Virus record (IMG/VR): IMGVR_UViG_3300037419_001025
Span: 1 to 43,313 of that record
Direction: 5' to 3' (one strand)
From: a virus
Lineage: Duplodnaviria > Caudoviricetes
DNA length: 43,313 nucleotides
The notes under the pieces are model-generated. The model saw only the letters and a list, made by a program, of their open reading frames with translations, had not been told where the DNA came from and made no database searches. This document shows, piece by piece, positions 43,131 through 43,313 of this stretch (its first letter is position 1; every line of letters starts with the position of its first letter). A program made the translations under genes and the position numbers.

Positions 43131-43313
43131 TTATCTCGGCGCCAGGTTTGAAGCCGAACAAAAAGCCCGTGGCCGCTGCTATCGATTTCAAGTTGAATCG
43201 GCCGCAATTCCAGTTCATGAAAAAGCGCAACGCGCACAAATACATGGGCTATGTTGCGGGCTTCGGCTCGGGCAAAACGTTCGTAGGATGCACTGCGCAA
43301 TGCCAAGGCTTTT
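43127..43313 (+). CDS. terL: Terminase large subunit, 5' part (continues after the 127-bp overlap at window position 128)
   Basis: ATG 43127 overlaps the terS stop; MIISAPGLKPNKKPVAAAIDFKLNRPQF... is in frame with the ORF at 7..1284. Confidence 0.9.
   Translation, partial: MIISAPGLKPNKKPVAAAIDFKLNRPQFQFMKKRNAHKYMGYVAGFGSGKTFVGCTAQCQGF
43187..43313. repeat. 127-bp terminal direct repeat, right copy
   Basis: Identical to 1-127. Confidence 0.95.

Noticed and set aside
43187-43313. Terminal repeat as a biological direct terminal repeat
   Set aside because: It falls mid-terL and is exactly 127 bp, typical of assembler k-mer overlap.

Overview
This window is a complete, circularly assembled dsDNA tailed-phage genome of 43,186 bp. 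Bases 1-127 are repeated exactly at 43187-43313, and the terminase large subunit reads across that join. The tail genes are siphovirus-type (no sheath). The lysis genes (GH19 endolysin, lipoprotein) point to a Gram-negative host. I found no integrase, tRNA or CRISPR array, so it is probably lytic. Gene order: terS-terL-portal, a leftward cassette of small unknown genes, minor head-scaffold-major capsid, a five-gene putative fibre module, head-tail joining genes, tail tube, frameshifted chaperones, a 1877-aa tape measure, a three-gene tail tip, an extended lysis cassette, leftward early genes with family-B DNA polymerase, SSB and Cas4-like nuclease, rightward helicase, VRR-NUC-like nuclease, TetR-like regulator and primase-helicase, then an AT-rich repeat region before terS. 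The most notable unexplained signals are: (1) six perfect TGACG-N4-CGTCA palindromes, five on predicted -35 boxes; (2) a second set of FNR-like TTGAY-N4-RTCAA boxes; (3) a 25/27-bp inverted repeat at two gene starts that defines a potentially invertible 1.6-kb segment; (4) long-range complementary arms bracketing single late genes; (5) a repeat-protein fibre module ending in a beta-helix protein; (6) an ATCATAA repeat array; (7) apparent avoidance of CCAG outside CCWGG. All product calls come from motif recognition and gene order. No database searches were run.
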